Numbered from the stretch's first letter, positions 29,686-40,445 are shown. The stretch is DNA of 64,000 nt from Vampirovibrionaceae bacterium NZW_1234 (GCA_041697335.1 JBGUGD010000023.1:118515-182514); one strand, 5' to 3'. A program made the numbers and translations. Notes: generated by a model not told the origin, from the letters alone.

Positions 29686-30405
29686 TTAAGGCATCCCTGT
29701 AAGCGTATTTGGCCAGTCGGACGGCTTTTGGCCAATAGGAGCTGGCTTTGATGGTAGTGTCTGTCTTTTTTCCCAAATGTCATTGCCATCATTTAACGCT
29801 TTTTGAGCCGCTTGATATTCCGGGTGGTCTGGTTGGATTTTAAGATGATCTCCCAGAGGACTTAAACCGGGACGTACATAAGTGGCATAGCGCCCATACA
29901 AGCTCCTTGGTGTGTTATTTTCCAGCGCATCAATTGCATTTGAATAGGTTAATCCACTAGGTGAAGAAGGTGCATTGAGGACTAGATCAAACCCTGATTT
30001 TGCCATCGCCAGTCCAGCGCCACTTCGTCCCAGCATTCCGACACCTGTCCACCCAACATTCATGAGGTTTCCTGCTAAATCATTGTTAGGGATATCTGCT
30101 AATGTAGTGGCCAGACCAAGTGTCGTTCCTCGTTTTCCGGGAATAAAGTTTGCTACTGAACCCGCCAACGATATCAGTGATGGGCTAGAAGGTTCATCAA
30201 GTCGGGGTGGTTTTTCTGGGGCTTTCGAATCATTGGATACAGCGCTCGAGCGCGTTAATGCATCGGGATATAAGTTTGGCGGTTTGCCCATGGGCTTGTA
30301 CAGAGGAGGCTGACTGAATGCTTCCCCGGGGATATTCGAATGTTTGCTTTTAAATACCGACGCACGACTGGGCGTGCAAATGGGGTCGGATAGGAATTCT
30401 GGCAT
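29686..30405 (-). CDS. Hypothetical protein
   Basis: GGAGG before ATG; 239-aa P/S-rich ORF with a central Gly/Ala-rich segment. Confidence 0.55.
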   Translation of the reverse strand: MPEFLSDPICTPSRASVFKSKHSNIPGEAFSQPPLYKPMGKPPNLYPDALTRSSAVSNDSKAPEKPPRLDEPSSPSLISLAGSVANFIPGKRGTTLGLATTLADIPNNDLAGNLMNVGWTGVGMLGRSGAGLAMAKSGFDLVLNAPSSPSGLTYSNAIDALENNTPRSLYGRYATYVRPGLSPLGDHLKIQPDHPEYQAAQKALNDGNDIWEKRQTLPSKPAPIGQKPSDWPNTLTGMP

Positions 30406-30707
30406 GGATCAGAAAGCCTCCCATACGTAAAAGTGCCTATGTGTGCCAATGAACGACAATTTTAAAGATGATTTTAAAATCAACCGAGCGATAGTGATAT
30501 AAAAAAATATTTTTCATTGTTTGTGCTGAATTCTACTTTAATATTTTATTAAAGCTTGATTCTGGAATTGGAAAATGCCCCCAACCTGACTGGTATTACC
30601 AGATTGGCGTGGGTTTATAAGATTCGTAATCACTTTTCTTCAGTGACATCTGTGATTCTGAAAGTCCACACCGAGGCAACCGAGGCTGTCAAACTGCGAA
30701 AGCCTGT

Positions 30708-31745
30708 TTAGTCGTCGATGAGCGGGTGGGTGCCGTACAGGTCCTGGTACTGGAAGTAGCCTTCCTTGGTGTAGAAGTTGGCAAAAGAGAGGCTCATACT
30801 GACCCCGATGGAGCGGACAAAGTGCCACCAGCCAATGGGGAGAAACAGGATTTCGCCAGGTTCCAGAATAAAGTCATAGACTTTGGCCCGAGCAAAGAGC
30901 GGGAATTTCTCCAAATCCACACCATGTTCCAGATCGACTTTGCTCAGAAAGTTTCGATACGGATAGACATTGGGCAGATAAATCGGTGAAACCATCTGGA
31001 AATGCTTTCGCCCATGAACCTGGCAATAAATGGCGTTGGCCAGGTCAAAATGCAGGTCGGTAATCGTTCCGGAAGGGCCGAATAGAAGATACCCATGAGG
31101 GTGATCGCCCTCGGGATCCAATAACTCGGGTAAAAACTCCACCTCCTGGTACAAATCCAGAATCGTGGTTTCGTTAAAATCCGTATTGCTGTTGGTCATG
31201 TACCAGGAGTTGCTTTCGCCAGCGGAAATGGTGTCGACATACTCGGCCATGGTCATGTGGACATGGGATTTTTTAAAGTGTTCATCCATATGCACCACTT
31301 GGACTTCGCGCTCGCCATACTTGGATTTAAAGTATTCCGGCGACCAGTCCTGGAGGATTTTCCAGTGGGCGTTCATTTTCGTGAGAATAATGGGGCGGTT
31401 GGTGCAGTGGTAATGTTTGTAAAACTCTTCTCGGGTAATCGTTTCCCGGCGTTCAATTTCTTCGAACTGGCCGGAATTCTCCGAAAGCATCTGGTAAAGA
31501 CGCAGGAGCCAGTCCCGACGTTTCATCTGTCGGGCAAGCTTGGTGCCGGCAATGATATACGGATGCGTTGCAGCTTGTTCCACTTCTTTGGCAACGACGT
31601 CCTCATCAAAGCCCTGGGCAGTCATAAATTTAACAATGTCGGCGTCACTCACCTGCATCATCAGGCAATCGGCCATCCATTCCTTCCAATCGTCAGGGAT
31701 GGATTTGAACGCGTCCGTCATTGGGGGGTCCCATCGTTGAGGCAC
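30708..31745 (-). CDS. JmjC/cupin-like Fe(II)/2OG dioxygenase
   Basis: RPIIL..M..HW...W, FGPSGTITDLHFD (HxD), QVHGRK, LEPGEILFLPIGWWHFV (distal His). Confidence 0.9.
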   Translation of the reverse strand: MPQRWDPPMTDAFKSIPDDWKEWMADCLMMQVSDADIVKFMTAQGFDEDVVAKEVEQAATHPYIIAGTKLARQMKRRDWLLRLYQMLSENSGQFEEIERRETITREEFYKHYHCTNRPIILTKMNAHWKILQDWSPEYFKSKYGEREVQVVHMDEHFKKSHVHMTMAEYVDTISAGESNSWYMTNSNTDFNETTILDLYQEVEFLPELLDPEGDHPHGYLLFGPSGTITDLHFDLANAIYCQVHGRKHFQMVSPIYLPNVYPYRNFLSKVDLEHGVDLEKFPLFARAKVYDFILEPGEILFLPIGWWHFVRSIGVSMSLSFANFYTKEGYFQYQDLYGTHPLIDD

Positions 31746-31811
31746 TCTAGGACCTATCCTAGGGAAATTCCCTCGAAAATGGCACCTTTAAATGAAGGAT
31801 CTGCGGCCTGA

Positions 31812-32234
31812 TTATCGCCGCGTATTGAATTGGCCGAGTAATTTTGTCAGCATCTGAATCAAGTCCATCAATTGCTTGACCAGGTCATTGGGTACCGGGT
31901 TCGGAGCCGGTGCGGGAGATGGTGTTGGGGCCGGGGTCGGTACGGGCGCCGGGGTTGGTACTGGAGCAGGGGTAGGTGCCGGTACGGGTGCTGGTGTAGG
32001 AACAGGAGCTGGAGAGGGCACCGGAACATCGATGGGCAGAATACCCATGGGGTGAATTTCCGGGGTCGGGTCTCTATCAACTGGTAGGATACCTAGCGGG
32101 CGTACGTCCGGATTTCTATCAATGGGAAGAATACCCATGGGGACAGCATACCCGGGTCCTGGTGTTCCCGTGGTTCCGTCAGGACGAAACCCAAGGGGGG
32201 CAGCTGGAATTTGTTTTGAATTCTGAACAGACAT
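31812..32234 (-). CDS. Small repeat protein, candidate RiPP-like precursor (3x P[ML]GILP[IV]D, Pro-rich linker, C-terminal helix)
   Basis: GGAG before ATG; co-oriented 66 bp upstream of the JmjC gene. Confidence 0.7.
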   Translation of the reverse strand: MSVQNSKQIPAAPLGFRPDGTTGTPGPGYAVPMGILPIDRNPDVRPLGILPVDRDPTPEIHPMGILPIDVPVPSPAPVPTPAPVPAPTPAPVPTPAPVPTPAPTPSPAPAPNPVPNDLVKQLMDLIQMLTKLLGQFNTRR

Positions 32235-32324
32235 AACACTTCTCCATAGACTCTCACTCTATGGAGGCATGAAAACTTAAGTTTATATAAATATGATAGT
32301 TTGTTAAATTATGTTTATGGCTTT

Positions 32325-35090
32325 TTAATGAGATGATTTTTGTTTCTCCGCCAGTAAGGTCAAGCTTTTCTCTACGATTTCCTGAACGTTGTTGGAGGTC
32401 ACATGGTCTCGGATACGCTCAAGCTGAGCTTTCATCACGGCTTGGCGATGTGGATCGAATTTATGGGGGGCGGCTAGTCGCTTGGCCAGTCCAGCCGCCA
32501 GCATGGGGTTGAATTTATCGATATCAATAATTTGATCCGCCAGGAAGGTGTATCCAGAGCCGTCTTTCTGATGGAAATGAACCGTATTGGCGCAAAATCC
32601 GCCAATTAAACTCCGAACACTATTGGGGTTCTTCGGATTATAAGCCGGATGATTCAGCAGCGCGTTGACTTCCGCTAACACATCATGGCGATCGGCCATG
32701 GCCTGATCCGAGAACCATTGATCAATCGCCAGCTTATTGTTCTGATGTTTCTGGTAAAAAGCCGTAAGCCTTGTCGAACGGGTTTCCGTATCTCCATGAT
32801 TCAGGATATGGCCCAAAGCAGAACGAGTGTCTGTCATATTATGATTTCGATCAAACTGTGCAATGGCGAGGGGAAGGTGTTTTGCCGGGTTACCTGCGAT
32901 GAGGTAGGCCAGGGTCGCATTTTTAATCGCCCGTTCGCCCACATCCTTGACATTCCAATCATAAGGACGGGTTTCTGTAGACCGATTCTCCTCAAAGCGT
33001 TGTAAGAGTAAGGGCTCCAGGGCTTGACCAATTGCCCTTTGGGTATGTTTGCGAGCGGCATAGAGGGCATCGATATCAACCTGACCGTCCGGGTAGAGTT
33101 CCGAGAGGTAGCTGATACTGGGTAATGCGAGGGCGCGAGCGGCCAGTGCCGGGTCCAGTGTCCTATCCTCGAGGACGCCCTGAAATGCCTGAATTAAGCG
33201 GGAGTCCATTTGAAGGGACTGGCCTGACTGGTGAGCCTGAACCAACTCCTTTAAAACCTCGACAGCCAATGTCTGTCCGGCTTCCCATCGATTAAAGCCG
33301 TCATTATCATGGGCCATCAAGAACATGAGTTGGTCTCGGCTATAGGGGTAGTCCAATTTCACTGGGGCTGACCAGTTTCGCAATAACGAGGGTGTTGGCT
33401 TTTCAGGGACATTATGAAAGATGAATGTCTGTTCGTTCTCTTTTAAATTCAAGACATCGCCATTGGTCAGCAGATGGGCCTGGGAGGCATCGAGCTGGAG
33501 GGGGATATCGTCACCTTTGGCATTCAACAAGCCCACTCGAACCGGAATATGAAAGGGGGCTTTGGTGGGTTGCCCAGGTGTTGGCGGTGTCGATTGCCTG
33601 AGGGTTAAACGGTATTCTTTTTTATTCGGATCGTAGGCGTCGGTGACGAATAAGGTTGGGGTTCCCGCCTGGTTGTACCAGGTTTGCTGAAATTGACTCA
33701 GATCCACGCCGGAAGCATCTTCCATGGCGTTCACAAAATCTTCGCAGCTGACCGCCTGACCGTCATGACGCTCGAAGTAAAGGTCTGAACCTTTGCGGAA
33801 GGCCTTTTCCCCGATTAAAGTATGAATCATGCGGATGACTTCTGCCCCTTTTTCATACACGGTGGGGGTGTAGAAGTTTTCGATGGACCCTACCGACGCA
33901 GGTCGAATGGGATGGGCCATAGCACCGGCATCTTCCGGGAATTGGACGGTCCGCATCCCGGTGACATCATCAATCCGTTTTACCGCACGGGAGTTGAGAT
34001 CCGAGGTGAACTCTGAGTCCCGAAATACGGTAAATCCTTCTTTCAAGGTCAAATCAAACCATTTTTGAAGCGTTACCCGGTTACCGGACCAATTGTGGAA
34101 GTACTCATGAGCAACGACCGCCTGAACGTATTCATATCGGGCATCAGTTGCCGTGTCGGGATCGGCCAATACGGCAGAGGAATTGAAAATATTCAGCCCC
34201 TTGTTTTCCATGGCTCCGAAATTGAAATCGCTGACCGCAACGATTTGAAAGAGGTCCAGGTCGTATTCACGGCCAAAACGCGCTTCATCCCATTTCATGG
34301 CTTGCTTTGCCGCGGTCATGGCATGGGATAACTTGCTTTCATCGCCGTGATCGGAATAGATGCGAATGGTGACATCGCGACCGGACATTGTTTTAAACCG
34401 GTCCTCTTTCACGGCTAAATCGCCGGCGACAAACGCGAAAAGATAGGATGGCTTTTTGAACGGATCATGCCAGGTCATCGACTCGCGTCCATCCGGTAGG
34501 ATGGTTCTGGGACCTGGATTGCCGTTGGACAAGAGATGGGGGTATTTGCCTTTGGGGGCAATTAGCGTTGTTGTATATTCACTCATCACGTCGGGGCGAT
34601 CCAAATAGAAGGTAATGTTGCGGAACCCTTCCGATTCACATTGGGTCGTAAACTTTCCCCCGGAGGTATACAGGCCGTTTAACGAGCGGTTTGCCTGAGG
34701 GTTGATGCGGGTTTTGATTTCCAGTTGAAAGGGCTTATCGGGCAGTTGCGTCAGCGTCAATGTCTCTTGGTCTCTGGAGTATCTCTCTGGTGAGAGTTCC
34801 TGGCCATTGAGCTTGATGCCCAATAACTCCATGGTTGGTGTTTCGGTCCCTTCCGGGGCTGTCTCAGGAGCGCCAACCAGCTGCAATGTCTCAGAAGACG
34901 CCTTGGACTTGGGGTTGGGTTGAATGCTCAGTTTTGATGTGACCTCCACATGGTCTTCCGAATGAAGTTCAAAGACTAAATCCGTTTTGCTGATGAGGTG
35001 TGAAGGGGGGGTGTAGTCGTTAATATTGAGCTCTTTAAGCGGCTGTGCGCCGAAGAGGAGGGGGGCCTGTGTTGTGTTTTGGCTCGTCAT
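32325..35090 (-). CDS. pepN: Aminopeptidase N (M1)
   Basis: TQCESEGFR, GAMENKGLN, HEYFHNWSGNRVT, LKEG, YEKGAEVIRM. Start set at ATG 35090. Confidence 0.96.
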   Translation of the reverse strand: MTSQNTTQAPLLFGAQPLKELNINDYTPPSHLISKTDLVFELHSEDHVEVTSKLSIQPNPKSKASSETLQLVGAPETAPEGTETPTMELLGIKLNGQELSPERYSRDQETLTLTQLPDKPFQLEIKTRINPQANRSLNGLYTSGGKFTTQCESEGFRNITFYLDRPDVMSEYTTTLIAPKGKYPHLLSNGNPGPRTILPDGRESMTWHDPFKKPSYLFAFVAGDLAVKEDRFKTMSGRDVTIRIYSDHGDESKLSHAMTAAKQAMKWDEARFGREYDLDLFQIVAVSDFNFGAMENKGLNIFNSSAVLADPDTATDARYEYVQAVVAHEYFHNWSGNRVTLQKWFDLTLKEGFTVFRDSEFTSDLNSRAVKRIDDVTGMRTVQFPEDAGAMAHPIRPASVGSIENFYTPTVYEKGAEVIRMIHTLIGEKAFRKGSDLYFERHDGQAVSCEDFVNAMEDASGVDLSQFQQTWYNQAGTPTLFVTDAYDPNKKEYRLTLRQSTPPTPGQPTKAPFHIPVRVGLLNAKGDDIPLQLDASQAHLLTNGDVLNLKENEQTFIFHNVPEKPTPSLLRNWSAPVKLDYPYSRDQLMFLMAHDNDGFNRWEAGQTLAVEVLKELVQAHQSGQSLQMDSRLIQAFQGVLEDRTLDPALAARALALPSISYLSELYPDGQVDIDALYAARKHTQRAIGQALEPLLLQRFEENRSTETRPYDWNVKDVGERAIKNATLAYLIAGNPAKHLPLAIAQFDRNHNMTDTRSALGHILNHGDTETRSTRLTAFYQKHQNNKLAIDQWFSDQAMADRHDVLAEVNALLNHPAYNPKNPNSVRSLIGGFCANTVHFHQKDGSGYTFLADQIIDIDKFNPMLAAGLAKRLAAPHKFDPHRQAVMKAQLERIRDHVTSNNVQEIVEKSLTLLAEKQKSSH

Positions 35091-35648
35091 CTTCTTGGAA
35101 ATCCTTCTTTGAAACTGAGGCAACAGGGTAAATATGTCGGCTGCTGGTGGGCCTGGTGTCAGAGGTTTATCGGGGAGCGATGATTCACCTAAGTGATTTG
35201 CGCCCTCTGACTTCCTATTAGTATAGCCTGATCTGAACCGGCCGAGGTTGGATCCTGTTATCTGAATCATGCGACGCATTCCCCCGTAATATGGCTTTGT
35301 TGGTCTCCCCTGGGACTGGGATATACGATACGGCGTCAACAATGTTTGTCAAATTAAATTAAAAAAACCTCTAATGTAGCCCCTGATGGGCAATGAAATT
35401 CAGGCGATATCTTCCGTCGGTTTCCAGCCCTCAACCGAATTTATGTGCTCCTCAACTTTGGGTGACCGGATGGCCTCTTTGGAATTTCTTAATCATTGTA
35501 ACTGTTTGTTAATAAATTAAATGAAATTATAAACAAGTTAGCATCAAAGATTAATTTTTTGTTTTTATACTTATGTGACATATACAGTGTGTTCTCAAAC
35601 TAAGGTCGAAACGGTGTGAACCTAACGGTTTCTGGAGGTTAAACAAAA

Positions 35649-35870
35649 ATGGGCTTCTTTGATTCAGCAATTAACAACGCAGCAGTCAACAGCGGATTCG
35701 TTGCGCCTAAGTTTAACAACACGGTTAAAAAAGACAAGGAAGACAGCCCCAGCTTTGCCAAAAACATTCTGGGTGGCGCCTTAAGTAAATTTGATGCCAG
35801 CGCAGCTGTTTCTGACAGCCAACGGGTGAATGGCTTCAACTTCGGTTCCGGCAACAGCTTTATTGGCTAG
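35649..35870 (+). CDS. Small hypothetical protein (73 aa)
   Basis: Strong GGAGGT SD, AT-rich upstream region; N/S/F/G-rich. Confidence 0.6.
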   Translation: MGFFDSAINNAAVNSGFVAPKFNNTVKKDKEDSPSFAKNILGGALSKFDASAAVSDSQRVNGFNFGSGNSFIG

Positions 35871-35987
35871 TTTTTGGGTTGGATAAAACTAACTGCGTTG
35901 AATATGTAGGTTTCTAGGTTGAAATTATAACTGCGACAAATACACAGTTAAGCGTTTCTTTCGATGAAGTTTGTTGTTTCCTGAGCC

Positions 35988-36368
35988 TTAGTGGACAGAA
36001 ACAGCTTCTTCCAATTGTGGTGCACTGACGGACTCTGGATGTGCTTTTTCAGTTTTAGCTGCTTTCGGCGAGCCATTTTGGTTTGCCGAAACTGCCACAT
36101 GAAATTCTACGTGCAAGATAGAGCCCTTGGATGAGTGCTTTTGAACTTGTTTGGCTTCGGCTTGCAGGCTTTGACCAAGACCGTCCAGGTTGAACTTGCG
36201 AATTCCCCGAGCTAAGGCCAGGTCCAGTTCGTGTGTTTTCAATTGAATGGACAAGGGGGCGAAGTTCTTACCGTAAATGGTGGCCGGAACATAGCCGATG
36301 GCTCTGAGTTTGCGGGGAGTAATGGTGTTGTCACGCTCAAAGATTTTCAATGTTTCGAGGTTGGTCAT
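35988..36368 (-). CDS. rplY: 50S ribosomal protein L25
   Basis: RKLR..GYVPATIYG, KQVQKH, ILHVEF. Confidence 0.88.
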   Translation of the reverse strand: MTNLETLKIFERDNTITPRKLRAIGYVPATIYGKNFAPLSIQLKTHELDLALARGIRKFNLDGLGQSLQAEAKQVQKHSSKGSILHVEFHVAVSANQNGSPKAAKTEKAHPESVSAPQLEEAVSVH

Positions 36369-36555
36369 GGTTGAAATACTCCAGGGCTTGAATTATCGCG
36401 ATAAGTAACCTGTATGGTGCCATAAACCCATGAAGGGCGTCAAGATTGTCTTCGAGTTCTGTCGTAGTCAAACCAAAGCGAAACAAAACCTGCCACCAAG
36501 GTTCATGCCGACGGCGAGTCTTGTTCCGCTTGTTACAGTGATTCAAATTAGCCGG

Positions 36556-37656
36556 TTAGAGAGCTGAAACCAGTTTTTTGGTCGACTCAGCCTCTTTCAC
36601 GGGCTTTTTTCTGGCAGCGTCAATCCTCCTCAATGCAAGCCGGTAAGCGGCTTCTTGAGTGGTGACGTTTTCCTCCCTCGCAACTTTGAATACTTCGAGC
36701 GCCTGTGAATAAATTCCCTCGGTCAATTCTCGGGCTTCATCAAAGGATTTGCCCTCGATTTCACAGGCGACCATGATTACCCCACCCGAATTAATGACAT
36801 AATCCGGGGCATACAATATATCCCGCTCCTTTAATACTTGTCCGGCCTGGTCATCGACCAAAATATTGTTGGCCCCGCCTGCCACGATATTGACGGGGAT
36901 TTGCTCAGCCATACTCTGGCTGATAACGCCCCCGACGGCATTGGGCGAGAAGACCTCGGCCTCGATTTTAAACAGCTCGTCCAAATTGGCCACCAGATTA
37001 ATCTGCGGGTAATTGGCCTTGATTCGGAACATGGCCTCTTCGCTCACATCGGTGACCCACAGCTGGCAACCGGCTTTGTAGAGGTGATCGATGAGCTTGG
37101 AGCCGACTTTACCGGCGCCTTGCATGGTAATTCTAAGGCCCGACAGATCGTCGGTGCCTAACCGCTCTTTTACGGCCGCCTTAAGACCCATGAACACGCC
37201 CAGGGACGTTAAGATTGCCGAATCTCCCAATCCGCCATCGTCTTTGGCGAGGCCCGTAATCCACGGTGTAACCTCTCTCATCAGTTTCAGGTCCCGTGTA
37301 TCCGAGCCGATATCCCCCGCTCCAATATAGGTTCCGTTTAATGCATTGATGCGTTGTGCCAGGGCACGGAGCAATTCCGGTGTTTTTTGAGCTGGGTCGT
37401 CCAGCATTACGACGGTTTTTCCGCCGCCCAGGTTCAGCCCGGCCATAGACGACTTGAAGGTCATGGCACGGCTCAGGCGCAAGACGTCGTCCAATGCTTC
37501 GCTTTCGGATGCGTACTGTTTCATGCGGCAGCCACCCAGGGCCGGGCCTAACGTGGTGTCATGAATCCCAATAATTGCACGCAAACCGGATTCTTTGTCC
37601 GAGCAAAAGACAACCTGCTCATGATCAAATTCCTGAATAAGGTCAAAATACCCCAT
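36556..37656 (-). CDS. ldh: Leucine dehydrogenase (Glu/Leu/Phe/Val dehydrogenase family)
   Basis: IHDTTLGPALGGCRM, LRLSRAMTFK, GGGK, QGAGKVG, GGANN, APDYVINSGG. Confidence 0.92.
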   Translation of the reverse strand: MGYFDLIQEFDHEQVVFCSDKESGLRAIIGIHDTTLGPALGGCRMKQYASESEALDDVLRLSRAMTFKSSMAGLNLGGGKTVVMLDDPAQKTPELLRALAQRINALNGTYIGAGDIGSDTRDLKLMREVTPWITGLAKDDGGLGDSAILTSLGVFMGLKAAVKERLGTDDLSGLRITMQGAGKVGSKLIDHLYKAGCQLWVTDVSEEAMFRIKANYPQINLVANLDELFKIEAEVFSPNAVGGVISQSMAEQIPVNIVAGGANNILVDDQAGQVLKERDILYAPDYVINSGGVIMVACEIEGKSFDEARELTEGIYSQALEVFKVAREENVTTQEAAYRLALRRIDAARKKPVKEAESTKKLVSAL

Positions 37657-37698
37657 GCCTTCATCCTCAATATGTTGTTGATTCGTGAAATGTCCTAA

Positions 37699-38313
37699 TT
37701 AATAGAGGGTCGATGTAAGTGGTGAAGCGATATAGGTCGGTGTCAAGAGCAACACCAGACTTAAGTTATACAAATTATCTTCAGGCCATGGCAAGGCGTC
37801 AATCTTAGTGTACATGGTACCCCCCTGATTGGAGGCGAGTTCATCCCTGAGGGCCTTCAACTCTTCCAGTTCGTCTTTCATCCGGTTGAATTTTTCTTTC
37901 ACTGCCTTGGCCCAGGGCTCAAAGGCACATCCCGGAGCAAATACAACATAGGGCGTATCCGGGTAGGCCCGGCAAAGTTCGGGTCTATCTTCCCAAATCT
38001 GGCACTTGTTGTCCTCGCCGATGTAGCGACAGTGGTAAAACACAACGTCGTCCGGCGATTCAAATTCGTCCTGCTTTTCAGCGGCTTTTAATGTCTTGTC
38101 CACCAGGCCGGGAACCACGGCTCGGGCTTCATCGTGGGATGCGTAGGGGATAAAAATATTGAAAAAGTCTCTTGCAAACACATCCCCGTTGGCGGCTTTT
38201 TCCATCAATTTGGGAAACGGCGTACTGGGCGATGCGCCGCGACAGCAGCATCCCTGCATTTTGCAGGTCGGCAACGGAACTCCGGTGGCTTCTACCCATG
38301 ATTCAGCGCTCAT
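37699..38313 (-). CDS. YkgJ-family cysteine-cluster protein
   Basis: CKMQGCCC ... C.Y......C.IWEDRPELCRAYP. Confidence 0.85.
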   Translation of the reverse strand: MSAESWVEATGVPLPTCKMQGCCCRGASPSTPFPKLMEKAANGDVFARDFFNIFIPYASHDEARAVVPGLVDKTLKAAEKQDEFESPDDVVFYHCRYIGEDNKCQIWEDRPELCRAYPDTPYVVFAPGCAFEPWAKAVKEKFNRMKDELEELKALRDELASNQGGTMYTKIDALPWPEDNLYNLSLVLLLTPTYIASPLTSTLY

Positions 38314-38614
38314 AGTTTAAGCGTACTTCGTTTTTGGAAAAGGCAAACCCTCTAAAGAGTCGAGTATCGTTTCGGTATTTTGTCCGCCACAGGTGCCAGT
38401 GCAGGGGGTGACCCTGGATTCGCGAATTCAACGCTATAATTTTTTAAAGCGCACGCTGCGTCATGGATCCGATCAATTTTCACACGTCATTGTTTTCTCA
38501 TGTCCTAATTCGGTCTTGGTTATTCTCCTTCTCTTCAATTTTTTCCTTGCTTGAGACGTCATTGTATTGTTCCTGATTGTTCCCCCATTCAGGTCTGAAA
38601 GGATAGTCCCCTCT

Positions 38615-39262
38615 ATGAAGGTTCCACCACCCTCTGTTTTGCCGTTTCGTCCAACTGAACCGGTCGATTGTCGCGCCCTCCAGGCGGTATTTGATACCTA
38701 TGGCCTTGATCTGACCGATGTTCTGATAGGGGCCTATGATCGTGAAAATCCGGTTAAAGTGGTTGCTGCCGAGTGTCTTCTCTCTCGCATGGCCATTTGC
38801 AGTGATGAACGCCTGCATGCCTACCGGAATGATGGGGATAATGCCACCCGTTATCGGCGTCATCCGTTGTCGGTGATGCAGAAAATCCAGAAGGCCTTTA
38901 TGCAAAAGGTCCGAGACATTAAGGTTCTGGCCCATGATGATTCGTCCCAAGCCAGTTTGGACCCCTCATCACAGTCCCCGTCCGTTATGCTTATTCCCGC
39001 AGAGCATCCTGTAATGGTTCGTGCGGCCCAGTTTTTAAACACCTCGTTCCAGAAGCTGCTCCTGTTCCAGAGAACCATGTCCTTGCCCTATCTGAAGCAA
39101 TCGTCGCCAAAGAAACCGCCGCCGCAAGATCCGATTGCCGCCCTGATTCGTTCGGCACCCAAACCCACGATGGATGAGGGCTTTCGAATCGGTGACAGTG
39201 TTTATCAGGGCTATGTAGTGCAAGATTGGATTGAAGGTTTTCACCAACCCAAAGAATCCTGA
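38615..39262 (+). CDS. Hypothetical protein
   Basis: Open frame with AAGGA before ATG 38615; no recognised domain. Confidence 0.5.
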   Translation: MKVPPPSVLPFRPTEPVDCRALQAVFDTYGLDLTDVLIGAYDRENPVKVVAAECLLSRMAICSDERLHAYRNDGDNATRYRRHPLSVMQKIQKAFMQKVRDIKVLAHDDSSQASLDPSSQSPSVMLIPAEHPVMVRAAQFLNTSFQKLLLFQRTMSLPYLKQSSPKKPPPQDPIAALIRSAPKPTMDEGFRIGDSVYQGYVVQDWIEGFHQPKES

Positions 39263-39638
39263 ACACCGTCTCATTTACCGAACGTGATTTGCCAGCCGTG
39301 TTTTCAATACCGTCCTGAATTTATGAGGGGCGGAGCCCTCATGGGCCTCTTTTTTAATTACATCTGTAACAAATTGTAAATTCTTTGCGGCAGTACGCAA
39401 TTTTACATCTTCACGACGCTTTATATCGGTGCAAGGTAAACCACACACTGATACGAAATGACAGTGATGTGCTTGCATACTGCCTCTCTCTATCCGTTAT
39501 CTCTTGCTACTCCCCCCTCAGCAAGAGATTTTTTTTTGTGCACTTTTCAAAAGACCTCCCTCAGGCAAATTTGGGTCCCGACATGTTTTCGTTGGAACAG
39601 AAAATAAGCGCCTCTTAACCGATGGATGATCGCAACCT

Positions 39639-40445
39639 ATGACCATGGCTTTTGCAGTTTCTCCCCGTTTTGGCTGGCACCGAACGAAGCCGCCTTCGGC
39701 CGAAATCCGATTCTCGCCAGCCGATATCCGAAATCTCCAAACCCTGGAGCCCACCGACAGTTTTACCGAAAAAGTGGCCGAAAAGCTGGTCGGCGACTCG
39801 GACGAGTCCCCCCGCTTTGCGGTCATTCCGGGCCTCTTGTCCACCCTGGGTTCTGCCGTTAAAGCACGGATATTTCAATGGCAAGTGTCCCGGGCGGTTT
39901 TTGAGAAACTCAGCCGACGCGATCCGGATCGCTTTGGCGTGTGGCCCGGGTTTTACCCCGCCCTGCATGCCCAGTACCGAAGCCACTCCGAGCCTCTAAC
40001 CGAGTTGCACCAGGATGGCGGGGGTGTTCTGGTCTCCCTGACCTATGGCCAGAACAAGGGGTTGGAAGGGGGCGCACCGCGTCTGGCCGATGTCCGCCAA
40101 TTCTGTCGGGATGCCAAAACCACATTGATGTCTGTCCGCGGCAAACCCCGAGACAATTACCTCAGGCCGGATGTGGATGCCCGGGTGCTGAAGGACTATG
40201 CCATCGACATCGATGATCTGGAGATGAGCCGGGACATGGGCATGGTCATCCTGAACAATACCGATGACGGCGTGTTTCATGCCGGTGCTCCGGCTCGTAA
40301 GACAGCCGGTACCCTTCGGCCCACGCGCCCGTTGGGGGTCATTCGCATTTCCAACAACGAATCCGAACCTGCGAGCGTGGCCGTAAACGGTTTTCTACAG
40401 GCTTTTTTCGACGGCCAGGTGGACCCTACGTTCCGTAAATCCTAG
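39639..40445 (+). CDS. Putative TauD/CAS-like Fe(II)/2OG oxygenase (divergent)
   Basis: LHQD (HxD), EGGAPRLAD, MVILNN....VFHAG (distal His). Confidence 0.55.
   Translation: MTMAFAVSPRFGWHRTKPPSAEIRFSPADIRNLQTLEPTDSFTEKVAEKLVGDSDESPRFAVIPGLLSTLGSAVKARIFQWQVSRAVFEKLSRRDPDRFGVWPGFYPALHAQYRSHSEPLTELHQDGGGVLVSLTYGQNKGLEGGAPRLADVRQFCRDAKTTLMSVRGKPRDNYLRPDVDARVLKDYAIDIDDLEMSRDMGMVILNNTDDGVFHAGAPARKTAGTLRPTRPLGVIRISNNESEPASVAVNGFLQAFFDGQVDPTFRKS

Noticed and set aside
28723..35090. Pip and PepN as dedicated processing enzymes for the repeat peptides
   Set aside because: Both are widespread general peptidases; proximity alone is insufficient evidence.
36337..36546. 69-aa ORF between ldh and rplY
   Set aside because: TTG start without a clear SD, overlaps rplY, no recognisable motif; cannot be supported, though not excluded.
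38340..38375. c-di-GMP-I riboswitch suggested by GGCAAACC
   Set aside because: The expected GNRA-capped stem and GACGCAAA segment are absent.
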